Positions 12,801-24,721 of a DNA stretch of 64,000 nt are shown piece after piece (position 1 is the stretch's first letter; the number at the start of each line of letters is the position of its first letter). The notes under the pieces are model-generated. The model was not told the origin of the DNA. It ran no database searches and was given only the letters and a program-made list of their open reading frames with translations. The position numbers and the translations under genes are program-made. Source of the stretch: Pristiophorus japonicus (lineage: Eukaryota); the NCBI RefSeq assembly GCF_044704955.1, contig NC_091985.1, forward strand, positions 36,394,001-36,458,000. The letters run 5' to 3'.

Positions 12801-14350
12801 TCCCTTATTATCTCTAGTCAAAAGCTGTGTGCTTCACGAGAGCTGGTCCAGTGTCCCAGTGGAAATGCAGGAAGAGATAAAGCTGTTCCAGAGGCGCAAA
12901 GATGAAATGTCTATTCAAGCAGACTGCCTTCTGTGGGGCAATCTAGTAGTGTTCTCCAAGAAGGGCAGAGGCACCTTCATCAATGACCTCCACAGTACCT
13001 ACCCAGGCATCATAATGATGAAAGCAATAGCCAGATCCCATGTGTGGTGGCCCGGTATCGATGCAGACTTAGAGTCCTGCGTTCACAGATGTAATACATG
13101 CTAGCAGTTAAGCAATGTACCGAGGGAGGCACCGCTAAATTTATGGTCTTGGCCCTCCAAACCGTGGTCTAGGGTACACGTCGATTATGCAGGCCCATTC
13201 TTGGGTAAAATGTTCCTTGTGGTTGTAGATGCGTAATCCAAGTGGATTGAATGTGAGCTAATGTCGGCTAGCACGTCCGCTGCCACTACTGAAAGCCTGC
13301 GGGCCATGTTTGCCACTCACAGCTTACCCGATGTCCTGGTGAGCGACAACGGGCCATGTTTTACCAGTGCTGAGTTCAAAAAATTCATGACCCATAATGG
13401 GATCAAACATGCCACATCTGCCCTGTTTAAACCAGCGTCCAATAGTCAGGCAGAGAGAGCAGTAGAAACCATCAAGCAAGGCTTGAAGAGGGTAACTGAA
13501 GGCTCACGGCAGACTCGCCTATCCCGAGTCCTGCTTAGCTACCGCACGAAACCCCACTCGCTCACTGTGATCCCATCTGCTGAACTGCTCATGAAAAGAG
13601 CACTTAAGACACGGCTCTCGTTAGTTCATCCTGATCTACATGAACAGGTAGAGAGCAGGCAACTTCAACAAAGTGATAGCACAAATGTGTCACGCGAGAC
13701 TGAAATCAACGATCCTGTATTTGTAATGAATTATGGGCAAGGTCCCAAGTGGCTTCCCGGCCCTGTCGTGGCCAAAAGGGGGAGCAGGGTGTTTTGGGTC
13801 AAACTTTCAAATGGACTCATTCACCGGAAACATTTGGACCAAATCAAACTCAGATTCACGGAATAGCCTGAGCAACCCATCTTGGACCCTACCTTTTTTG
13901 ATCCCCAACATACACACCAGTGGCAACCAGTACCACAAAGCAGAACCCATCATCCACAGCAGCCCAGCAGGGCCCAACACACCAGACAGCCCAGCAAGGC
14001 CAGCTGCACAGCAGCCCAGCGAGGGCCCAACAAATGATTCAACAATACCAGCTTTCACACAGAGATGATCAACTCAGGGCAAGAAGGGCCCCAGATCGAC
14101 TCACATTGTCAATAGTTACACTATTGACTTTGGCGGGGTGGGGAGTGTTGTTATATATGTAAACTTGTGTTCACTCTGTACAGCCACCAGAGGGCTCATC
14201 CCCTGGAGTCCCAAGGGATCCCATAATCCCTTGGGAGCACAGAGGCCTCACAGGTTGGAGAGGCACTCTGGAGACCTGCAATAAAAGACGAAGGTCACAT
14301 TTTACTTTGAGCTCACAATCTTCAGTTTGACTCTTGCTCCATACATAACA
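9828..14350 (+). mobile_element. Ty3/Gypsy (Mag-like) LTR retrotransposon B, nested in the integrase region of A
   Basis: LTRs at 9828-10039 and 14149-14350; PBS TGGCGACGAG; purine-rich tract before the 3' LTR; TSD CACAA/CACAT; gag, PR, RT, RNase H and IN fragments with stops. Confidence 0.95.
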
Positions 14351-14989
14351 CACATGATTCCAGGTCAGAGTCAATTCCAGACCGCCAAACACGAGCCCTG
14401 ACAATGGCTTTCATCATGACGATACCAGGATGAGTGCTATGTAGTTCATGTACAAATTTTTCTCTGCCTTTCTTAGGCATAACAACATGATTGCCCCACA
14501 GTAGACAATCTGACTGAATGGATAGTTCATCTTTGCGACGGTTGTAAGGTTTGGTCTCATCATACATTTACATAGGTATTGCAGACCAATCACCACTGAG
14601 GACACAACATTTCACAACCGCTAAAATAGGATCATGGCTGGTCCAGCTCCTCACTTGTTGAGCAGTGACAGGAGTTCCTTCACTCTCAAAAGCATCTATT
14701 ACTAACAGTAGATTTGCAGGTTGAGGCATCTCCACTTCAGGTGTGGGCAACGGAAGACGACTCAATGCATCAGCACAATTCTCAGTGCCAGGTCTATGAT
14801 GAATAACATAATTATAGGCAGACAATGTCAACGCCCACCTTTGAATACTGGATGCATTGGTATTAATACCCTTTGTTTTCCGAAAACAATGAAATGTGTG
14901 GCTTGTGATCCGTTTCGAGTTCAAAACGAAGACCAAACAGGTACTGATGATCTTTTTGACCCCAAACACACAGGCCAAAGCTTCTTTTT

Positions 14990-17359
14990 CTACCATGCTG
15001 TAAGCTCTTTCTGCCTTTGACAAACTTTCGAGGCATATGCAACAGGTTGTCGCTTACCCGAATCATTTGCTTGTTGGAGTACACAGCCAACCCCATATGG
15101 TGAAGCATCACAGGCCAATACAAGACGCTTACACAGATCATAGTGAACAAGCAGCTTGTTCGAACAGAGCAGATTCTTGGCTTTCTCAAAAGCTCTCTCT
15201 TGAGATACACCCCAGACCCTGCTGTCGCCTTTTCTGAGCAGCATGTGCAGTGGCTTTAATAAAGTGCTCAATCTGGGTAAGAAATTACCAAAGTAGTTGA
15301 GTAGCCCAAGGAATGAACCCAGCTCCATCACATTCTGAGGTCTGGATGCATTTTTGATGGCCTTGGTTTTTGAATCATTCGGCCTGATGCCATCAACAGC
15401 AATCTTTCTCCCCAGGAATTCAACTTCAGGTGCCATAAAGACACACTTCGAACATTTCAACCTGAGTCCCACTTTGTCCAGACGATGTAGGACTTCTTCA
15501 AGATTGTTCAGATGTTCAGCAGTGTCACGACCTGTGACCAGAATGTCATCTTGAAACACGATGGTTCTAGGAACAGACTTCAGTAGACTCCGCATGTTCC
15601 TCTGAAATATGGCTGCAGCCAAATGGATTCCAAAAGGACACCTGTTATAGACAAACAGTCCTTTATGGGTGTTGATGCAGGTGAGTTTCTTTGACGTGTC
15701 GGCAAGCTCCTGTGTCATATAGGCCGACGTCAGATCCAGTTTAGTGAACGACTTTCCACCCGCTAGCATGGCGAACAGGTCATCAGCTTTCGGTAGTGGA
15801 TACTGATCCTGTTTTGAAAATCGGTTAATCGTAACCTTATAGTCTCCACAGATCCTGACAGTGCCATCACTCTTTAAAATAGGAAAGATAGGACTGGCCC
15901 ATTTGTTAAATTCGACCGGTGATATGACCCCTTCACGTTGGAGTCTGTCAAGCTCAATTTCGACCTTCTCCCTCATCATGTACGCAACAGACTGAGCTTT
16001 ATGATAGACAGGTCTTGTAACAGAATCCAGATGAATCTGCACCTTGGCTCCAGTAAAATTGCCAATGCCCGGTTCAAACAAAGAAGGAAACTTCTTCAGC
16101 GCTTGAGCATACGAAGTGTCATCCACCGAGGACAATGTTTTGATATCATTCCAGTTCCACTTGATTTTCTTGAGCCAATTCCTGCCGAATAGCGTTAGAC
16201 CATTGCCTGGGACGATCCATAATGGTAAATCGAGAACCACACCACCATACGACACCTTGACTACTGCACTGCCAATCACCAATATGAGTTCCTTAGTGTA
16301 AGTACGCAACTTGGCATTGACTGGACTCAGCTTAGGCTTCACAGCCTCAGTGTCCCACAGCTTGTCGAATATCCTTTGGCTCATTATCGACTGACTCGCA
16401 TCCGTGTCCAGCTCCATTGATACAGGCACACCATTCAGCTTCACATTAACCATTATCGGTTGGCTCTTTGTCAGGAACGAATACAGGCCGTACACTTGTT
16501 CCTCGGGTATCTTGGATTGCATATCTGGGCCAGCACTGGATTGGTCATCATCATCAATGTGATGAGCAGCAGCAGCACACTTGCTCAGATGTGGGCACAT
16601 TCGCTGAAGATGCCCCACTTTCGAACAGACTTTATAGATGTACTGTTTAAACCGACACTGATGAGGCCAATGATTGCTCCCACAATGCCAACAGGGTGAA
16701 ATCGGATTCGTACCAGTTGGCGGACTTTGAGCAGCTACAGGTTTCACATAAGCAGTCGAATAGGCCCTGCCATAAGCAGCTCTGCCAGATGACGACAATA
16801 CAGTAATTGCCATGGAGCTCTGCCTCTTCGATGATATCTGCCTTAAATTATCATCAGTCACCATGCATGCCTGGGCAGTCGCGATGGCCTTGCTCAAATC
16901 CAACGTTTCTGCTGCAAATAATTTCTGAAGGATCAGATCATGGTTGATGCCTATCACGAAAAATTCTCGCAGCATATCTTTCAACGCATTTCCGAACTTA
17001 CATGGCTCAGCCAGACGCCTTAGGTCGGCGACGAATCCCGACACATCCTGGTCCTCAGCATGAACATGTGTGTAGAAGCGATAGTGTGAGATGATGATCC
17101 CCTCTTTTGGCTTGAGATGTTCACGCACCCGAGCGCACAAATCCCCATACTCTTTGTCCGTTGGATGTGAAGGCGAGAGAAGATTCTTTATGAGGCCATA
17201 AATTTTTGGACCACAAACGGTGAAGAAAACCACCCTGTGCCTAAATGCGTCACCAGCTTCCTCCATTTTGTTGGCCACGAAATACTGATCCAGGTGGTTG
17301 ATAAAATCCGCCCAATCCTCGCCATCCACGAATCTCTCCAGAATTCCAATGGTGCCCAT
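14990..17359 (-). pseudogene. gag-pol ORF of element A (zinc-knuckle region, protease, RT with FQDD)
   Basis: CWHCGSNHWPHQC, MELDTDASQS, WASP...VRICGDYK, FQDDILV; frameshifted in RNase H. Confidence 0.85.
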
Positions 17360-18168
17360 TGTGCATGCGAAGGTTCTTAAGTTACCTCGTCGCCAAATGT
17401 AATGTATCTAATGACTCAAAAGAATTGTTACTGTAAACTCACTCAGGTGCAAACCTGGTTCAACTTTATTCACGCCTAAAGTGTGGACATGACAAGATAC
17501 TCGCTCTTATATACCAGGGCCCGCGCACACGCGCGTACAGCCCGATGACCTCCGACAGTGGCGCTCCCTATTGTTTAGTGACCCCAAGCATCAATACATT
17601 ACAAGGGGGTTGACTTATGAAGATATGTTGAGTAGGTTGGGCCTATACACATTGGAGTTCAGAAGAATGAGAGGTGATCTTATTGAAACCCATAAGATAA
17701 TGAGGGGGCTCGACAAGGTGGATGCAGAGAGGATAGTTCTATTCATAGGGGAAACTAAAACGAGGGGACATTGTCTCAGAATAAGGGGCCGCGCATTTAA
17801 AACTGAGATGAGGAGGAATTTCTTCCCTCAGAGGGTTGTAAATCTATGGAATTCTCTAGCCTAGAGAGCTGTGAAGGCTGGGTCATTGAATATATTTAAG
17901 GCGGAGATAGACAGATTTTTGAGCGATAAGGGAATAAAGGGTTATGGGGAGCAGGCAGGGAAGTGGAACTGAGTCCATGACCAGATCAGCCGTGATCTTA
18001 TTAAATGGCGAAGCAGGCTCGAGAGGCCAGGTGGCCTACTCCTGATCCTATTTCTTATGTTCTTATGAAAGAAGGAAAATGTCAAAAAAAAGCAGTAGAG
18101 AAAAATGCATTCAAACTAAAAAAGATTTTGTTCATAACTATTACATTTTGGAACATGCATATCTGAAA

Positions 18169-18445
18169 CATCATCATCATAGGCAGCCCCTCGGAATCGA
18201 GGAAGACTTGCTTCCATTCTAAGAATGAGTCTTTAGGTGAATGAACAGTCCAATACAACTCTTTTTGTTGAGAGAACAATAAATAAATATTAAGTCAAGT
18301 GCCCCCTGTAGTCCAATACAAGAACCACAGTCCCTGTCACAGGTGGGGCAGTCGTTGAGGGAAAGGGTGGGTGGGACTGGTTTGCCGCATGCCCTTTCCG
18401 CTGCCTGCGCTTAATTTCTGCATGTTCTCAGTGATGAGACTCGGC
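18169..18445 (-). mobile_element. RTE LINE 3' fragment
   Basis: (CAT)n reverse tail; reverse complement of the 3' end of the RTE at 6580-7868. Confidence 0.85.
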
Positions 18446-19049
18446 GATATCTAAAACAATCTGTTGTTAACAACAGCAATTTAAATAAGGTTTGTCAGAA
18501 TTAGTTGTCAACTTTTGCTGAGCCAAGCTAAACGAGGGGCTAAATTCTAGCTTTTTTGAGCTTGTGGGGCTTTTCAGCTTGGAAATTAGGCGTCTGAGAA
18601 GCAATGTTATAGGAGGATATAAGACAGTAAATGGTAAATCTGTAATATTACTTTAAATAAAATTGTGGGAGTAAGACAAAGCCACACAAGTTCAAACCAG
18701 TAAAAGGACAGAAATCAAGATGATCGTCTTATCACAAAGATTGATTAAAACATGGAATGGACTCCCAGAGAATACCGGAGGCAAAAATCCTGCAAACATT
18801 TGTGAAACTATTCGATGCTGCATTGGGGTGTCTGATTCTGTGGGAGTCTTTCTGGGTGGATGAATTAAGATGGAACTAATGGGGTTCCTGTTACTAAAAT
18901 ATCTGAAAATTATCACTAATCTAACTCGTGATATTTGTTGGACATTAATTGGGCGACCTGACATCTACTCCAGGACCAAATATAACATTGTTTTAGTTTT
19001 TGTAATAAAGTAAAATCAAACATGTGCCAGGACGCTGACAGCAGGCAGA

Positions 19050-19177
19050 CTTTGCAGGTCACAGGGCAGCGCTGTCGAAACGGTGCAAACGCCTTCCTGC
19101 GTGTACGGTGTCCCGCGCGCGTGTCCCCGGGACTGAAGTGCGCAGACTCGGAACCAGCACAGAACCGACCGTGGGAG
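19050..19177 (+). promoter_or_regulatory. CEBPZOS: Probable CEBPZOS promoter and non-coding exon 1
   Basis: Local CpG-rich patch (GCGCGC, TGCGCA motifs) ending in a strong donor GAG|GTAAGG at 19177/19178, upstream of the CEBPZOS ATG exon; start coordinate approximate. Confidence 0.65.
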
Positions 19178-20519
19178 GTAAGGGCAGGCGAGTTGTATTA
19201 AATAACCGGGGGCGGGGAGAGGTTGGCATTTCACTCGTGTCAGGGCAACATCCCGGGCTTTGGGTGTCTCAGGTTAAATGTGGGCACAGGCCGGGCTCCA
19301 AGGGCCCGGTGTCAGGTGGGCACAGGCCATGCATGACCTTAGTGTTTATATCTGGTTACATGTGGACACGGGCTGGGTACTGAGGGCTCATTGGTTATAT
19401 GTGGGTAGGGCTGGATACTGTTAATCAGTTTATGGTTATGGGTGAGGAATGTCTGACCATAGAGGGTTTTGAAATTGGTCATACGGTGGACATTAATCAC
19501 TTGGTATCTGGTTATTGAATAATAGTTGCCTGGGCACTCTGTTAAATAACTTACTTCCACTTGCTTTTATGTAATAGATAATTAGATTCGCAACAGTAGC
19601 CAACTCCGTTCATGTGTGTGTGTCAGTCTTAATTTTTCTTGTACCTGTATATGATTGCAGATAATGGGTGAACTTATTTTTGTGGCATTGTGATTTAGAG
19701 GTCTACCTGATGCTGATTCTTTTGTAGCAACTATATGGTTTGCAATTGTAGATTATCACAAGCATTTTCACCTTAAGTATCAAAATTTCATATGTAGAGA
19801 AAGATGCCAAGCAGAAGTTGGGAGAAGTGTTGGGGTGGCAATAAAGTGCGGTCAAAGAGATAGCTTTTGAGGATGTCCTTGAAGGTGGTGGTGAGGTGAA
19901 ACAAGGTTTGGCTTCGGAATGGAATTCCATAGAGTGGGCTTGTGAAGGCTTAAAGCTTTGTCACTGATGCTTGAGAGGGGAGAGAAAACACATAATGGAA
20001 CGATGTTGGAAACTCAGATTGCAAGGTGACGTTGGCTGGAGAAGGTCAGGGTGCAGGAAGACCATGAAGATATTTATAAATGAGCATGGAAATTTCAAAT
20101 TAATGCTTTGGGAGATGGGAGCCAGTGGTGACTGGTGAGCAGTAAGGGTAGGATGTGTGGCAAAGTTGGAGTTTGTCTAGGGGTTAGTTGGTGAGGAGAG
20201 ATTTAGAGTAATTGCAGCCAAAAGTGATTGTTTATTGATCAGGGTTTAAGCAGCAATTGGACTGAAGTAGGAATGAGAGGATGGCATTACAAAAGTCTAA
20301 ATTGGTGGTCTTTGCCATGGACTTGTAGAATTTTCAGCTCAGTACTTTGCTCAAGCCACATATGCTGCACACCTCAGGCTGCAGGTCCTGGATGAGGCAT
20401 TAACTTAAAAAGGTTACACAGAGGAGAGTGGGAGCAGAGTCAAAGATGTGAAGTTTCTGGTGGGTTAACTTCAGTGCTCTCGCTTGAAGGAATTCAGCCA
20501 ATCAACATCCACCGCACGA

Positions 20520-22140
20520 GATGGCAACCTGTTCGAGATCCATTATTCTCTGGGAAAAGAACCACCTCCTGACATCTAACAGGTCGAGCCTTGTACAACT
20601 TAAATTTGTGACCCCCTGGTCCTGCCTAACCTATTTAATTGAAACAAACTGTCAACCGGAACACAATCTATTCCCTTCATTATCTTATAAACTTTAATTA
20701 GATAACCTCTAAGTCTACGCTTCTCTAAAGTGCAGAGTCCCACCTAACTCTTTTTGCTTATATTTATAACTAAGATACTTTTGTAGTGGAGTATTTAAAA
20801 TAAACACTCAACACCCGGTCTGGGTTTGAAGATTCAAATAGTCTTTATTTGCACTTGTGGGGAGTCTGCCTGCTCTCTGTCTGTAGCCAGGCTTCTCCGA
20901 TGATACAAAGTTCCAAGCAATCTTTTGTACACTTAATGATGCATGTCAGCCTTGTGCACGACCCCCCTACACCGTTTAATTGGCCCAAAGACAGCGTGCA
21001 CAGTTGCTGATTGACTAATTCCCTTTCGCGTCACACAATCATTCGCCTATGTTTCATACCAGATGGAGTTTCTCCAATGTGTTACTTCTAACCCCTTGTT
21101 CTGTTTCACTACCTCTGGGCCTCCTGTGGTTCAACAGTTTGGCTATTTGTAATTGTCCTCAAGTTGCAGCTTGCAACAGTTAATCATTCTTACATGTTAT
21201 CCTTAGTGTTATCTCTTCTGCCCATTAAGCAACTTAGAAAGCTGACCACTACAAAAGCCTATTAGCTCTTTTTAGTCCCAAGACCCATTCTTAACCATTT
21301 AATTATAGCAAAGTTCAAAAGCCCCACTTCACTTTAAACTGGGAATTAATCTAGTGGCAATCCTCTGCACCCTTTCCAATGCTTCTATCATCCACCACGA
21401 GACCAAAACTGGACAGTATTCCAAGTGCAACCCGACTAAGGTCTTGTACAAGGACACCATAGTATGCCTCGTCATATAGTAGTTTGTCCTATTTATACAC
21501 CTTAACATCCTATTTACTCTATCTAAGCTATCGCTTCATGGCCTTGGTCATGTACATTTAAAGATGTATGCACTAAAATATCCAAATCTCTGTCTCCAAC
21601 TTTAATGCTTTTCCCTGAAGGGTGTACGAATGTTGAGCATGTTCCCTGCCCACATGCATAACACTGCACTTATCCAAGTTATACATCATTTTTTAGTCAT
21701 GAACCAAATCTCCCAACACAGTAAGATCTGCCTTAAGTACAGTCCTAATACTCTGATTTTGGCATCATCTGCAAATTTGAAAATCGTGCCCCAAACATCC
21801 AGACCATAAATAAAAATAAAAAGCAACGGTCTCAACACCAATCCCTACGGGACACCACTGGTGACTGGTCTCCAAATAGATCCAAATCTATCTCTAAACT
21901 ACTTTTTGCCTACGCACTACTAGCCAGTTCTAAATCCAGTTCAATATATTACTGCCAATACCAGAGGTTTCGATTTTATAAAGAAGCATATTGTGCTGTA
22001 CCTTAAAAGCTTTTTGGAAGTCTTAAGTAGATAATGTTTACTGGACTTCTTTCATCCACCAACTTTAATTCTTTAAAAAAAATACTATTCAATTTGTAAG
22101 ACATGACCTTTTTAAATGAAGCTGTGTTGGGTGTCCCCCT
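20520..22140 (-). mobile_element. Old CR1-like LINE remnant split by a solo LTR
   Basis: Reverse-strand RT remnants (gcatcatctgcaaattt = KFADDA; GVP.G region); boundaries approximate. Confidence 0.65.
20782..21331 (-). mobile_element. Solo LTR (550 bp), ERV1-like
   Basis: Termini TGTAGTGG...CCACTTCA (7/8 inverted), 4-bp TSD CTTT, AATAAA on the - strand near 20845. Confidence 0.8.
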
Positions 22141-22696
22141 CTATTCAAGCATTCATATTACATCCCTAATTAGTGACATTGCATCTCATTCAAAACTAAT
22201 TTTGTTCTAAAGACATCCATCAGATCATAAACAGTTATGTTGTGTCCCTTGTGAGCGAAAAGATTATCTGTTGGGTTAAAACAGATTTTTGATCCTGTCT
22301 ATAGATTTGTTGTTATTGGCAGATTCTAGTTCACTGTTTTGACAGTCAAGTTATAGTGATGAAATTAAATTGTCCCTGTGAATGCTGCTTGTGATATATC
22401 TGCAGAGATTTGGCATAATTTGCTTTTGTTTTCTCAACCCAACTGTGGGATGGCACCTTCATTGATGGCGTAGCCAAGATCAGTAAATTTGTGAATGGGG
22501 AATCATAATTGCGAACTCACATCTGCTACTCTCTGGCACAATACTACACCAGTCACTCACTGATGTGAATTATCATACCATATCACAGTTATGGACAAGA
22601 TCTATTGGAAATGATAGATTTTTAAAAATCTATTCTCCTATACCTTGTAATTTACATTACCGATAAGCTGTTCATGGACTCTTTGTTTCTCTAAGA

Positions 22697-22814
22697 ATGG
22701 CACCTAAAACTATGGAACCATTTGCCAAACGGCTCTTTAAGGGAGTTATATTCTTGGAGGTTGCAGGAGTAGCAGGAGCATACTGGCTGTTTCATAGAAT
22801 GAATGCCAGCCAAG
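22697..22814 (+). CDS. CEBPZOS: CEBPZOS first coding exon (small protein with one hydrophobic segment)
   Basis: MAPKTMEPFAKRLFKGVIFLEVAGVAGAYWLFHRMNASQ resembles the human CEBPZOS N-terminus; acceptor AG 22694-22695; donor GTAAGG; absent from the ORF track. Confidence 0.93.
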
Positions 22815-23354
22815 GTAAGGATGACTTTCCTTCATAGTTTAACCACTGTAAAGTAGGATTGACTCACTTTTGTTCAGTTAGGAATTAAATAACTGGAGAT
22901 TCTAGCAGAAAAATATAAATACAATAAATGTTCAAGGATAAATGTATTTGAAAAGCTTAACTGGAGTTATTTGAATGAGTCATATAATTGTTAGTAATTT
23001 AATTATTTTCTTCTGTTTTAATGATTTGTGGACTTTAATCAATTGTATACAAATTGCTTCTTTCTCTTTTCCCCTCACTGAACAGATGTCAGAATTTCCA
23101 AGAGCGATTAGTTTAACTATGCTAGGATTATCAGCACCTGCTGCTTCCTAGCTGTGGATTTGTTTACCGAATCTGCATTTTGTGAAAAATTAACATTTAA
23201 ATCTGCCATTTTTTGTTAATGCATCCCCAAGAAAACAAAGAATGTTTTCCACAGGCAAATTAAAAACTTTCACTCTTGGTTGACTATTTGTACAGTATTA
23301 TCTCATGCAGTTTAAAGCAAAGTGTACCTGACACTCCTGCATATTTTTTTCCAG

Positions 23355-23399
23355 AGTTCAGATATACAGTAAACAGAAGGTTTCCCTCCATTTTGGAAG
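23355..23399 (+). CDS. CEBPZOS: CEBPZOS second coding exon
   Basis: EFRYTVNRRFPSILE; ttttttccag acceptor and GTAAGC donor, phase 1/1. Confidence 0.92.
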
Positions 23400-23992
23400 G
23401 TAAGCAATGTCCCATTTGTTCGGAGCAGGTTAGAAAGATACGAGTTTGTGCTTTAAAACTAAACATTTTGGAAGTTTCTAAGCAACTCTTCAAGTCCAGT
23501 TTGAAATCATGTATTAATTGAGTTTGTCAAACTGTGCTTCAAATGTACCGTAGGATGTATCCATGGAGAGTAAAACTCCAAAAGTAAAACATAATGAAGA
23601 TGGCGTGGAAAGATGTTTGTCCAATCTCCGTGATAGACAAACAAGGCTCAGTTCTGATGTGTGAAGTGCTAGAGTTCGCTTGTTTTTAATATTTAAAAAT
23701 TTTATGCAGAATACATGGGCTGTTCTAATTGTGTTTAACGATTTGCACACCTGTTACTGCTTCAATTGAGGTACTGGTATTTTCTGCACACACCAGCCAC
23801 ATTATCAAAAGATTAACATGGAAGCAGAATGAGATGTTAAAGACAACAAAAAAAGCACGTTAGCCTTTACGGATAGAGAAGGCAAGGCAGGGGGATTTTT
23901 CCTCATATTGGGCGATTTAAAGATCAAAAACATGCAGACAAAAATCCATTTCATAATTTATTGATTAAAAATAAATTGTTTACAATTTTCAG

Positions 23993-24078
23993 TTTATTAT
24001 AAATCCAATGAGTGGGCAGGAATTTATGGAATCCGAGAACAGGATCAGGAAACCTGGTCTAGCAGACATAATCAGTAA
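23993..24078 (+). CDS. CEBPZOS: CEBPZOS last coding exon (82-aa product)
   Basis: VYYKSNEWAGIYGIREQDQETWSSRHNQ*; matches the conserved VYYKS..GxYGIRExDQxTW motif. Confidence 0.93.
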
Positions 24079-24168
24079 ATATGTAAGTACAAAGTCTGTA
24101 ATATATAAAAGTTGACTTGGGTGGGAATAAGGAACAATGTTTTATATAACTGATTTAGTAAACATTAT

Positions 24169-24308
24169 TCATCTCTTGTTTAAAAATCTTTTCTGTTTAT
24201 TTTGCAGTTTCTTGGCTTTGAAGTTCTTCTTCTGCTTACGCAGTGTTTGCGTATCTTTGCCTCTGATCCAAGCATCACGATCAGATTCCCACTGTAGCTG
24301 CTTAATAC
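24169..24308 (-). CDS. CEBPZ: CEBPZ exon 16 (last coding exon, TGA stop)
   Basis: SIKQLQWESDRDAWIRGKD...RFLNKR*; the summed CDS of 3186 nt is in frame. Confidence 0.92.
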
Positions 24309-24639
24309 CTAGGGAAAATAATATGTTTGATATTCAGTAGTGAACCATGATATTTCCAAATGGAAAAGCTTCTACAATAGATAAATCTACATGGCTAGTA
24401 TCTAGCCAATGGGAGAATGTGACATCTTGACAAAATAATTACAATCAAAAGGATAGAATTTGATTTTTAAAAATATGTAAATACATTTTTTTTCCAACAT
24501 GTTATAACTGAAGTAAATTTCAAAAAAATGGAGTACAACTTGCGATTTTGACTTGCATATAAAAGTTATTACTATGGACTCCGTACCAGTAATTGTCCAA
24601 AAAGCGTTTATCTTTTTCTCTCTCTACAAAGTCACTTAC

Positions 24640-24721
24640 TTGCTTTATCTTTGTTTGCCATTGCATTTATGCCAATGTTGTCAAACTTTGATCCTGCATT
24701 TTCATCCAGCAGATAACCAAA
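24640..24721 (-). CDS. CEBPZ: CEBPZ exon 15
   Basis: FGYLLDENAGSKFDNIGINAMANKDKA; AG/GTAAGT. Confidence 0.93.

Larger units (their letters stand above)
8571..17603 (-). mobile_element. Ty3/Gypsy (Mag-like) LTR retrotransposon A, full length, degenerate
   Basis: TG...CA LTRs at 8571-8763 and 17398-17603; 5-bp TSD AGGGG; PBS TGGCGACGAG; 789-aa gag-PR-RT ORF 14990-17359; RNase H and integrase fragments. Confidence 0.95.
3400..18067 (+). mobile_element. Host CR1 LINE in four pieces (about 3400-4010, 5899-6579, 7869-8570, 17604-18067)
   Basis: Pieces are collinear along ORF2 (endonuclease end, linker, RT, C-terminus, TTCTTATG tail); TSDs at the RTE and LTR junctions. Confidence 0.85.

Noticed and set aside
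14990-17359. 789-aa ORF as a domesticated Gypsy-derived gene
   Set aside because: Lies inside a complete LTR element; the protease motif is mutated (DTD), the second zinc knuckle has lost a Cys and the frame breaks in RNase H
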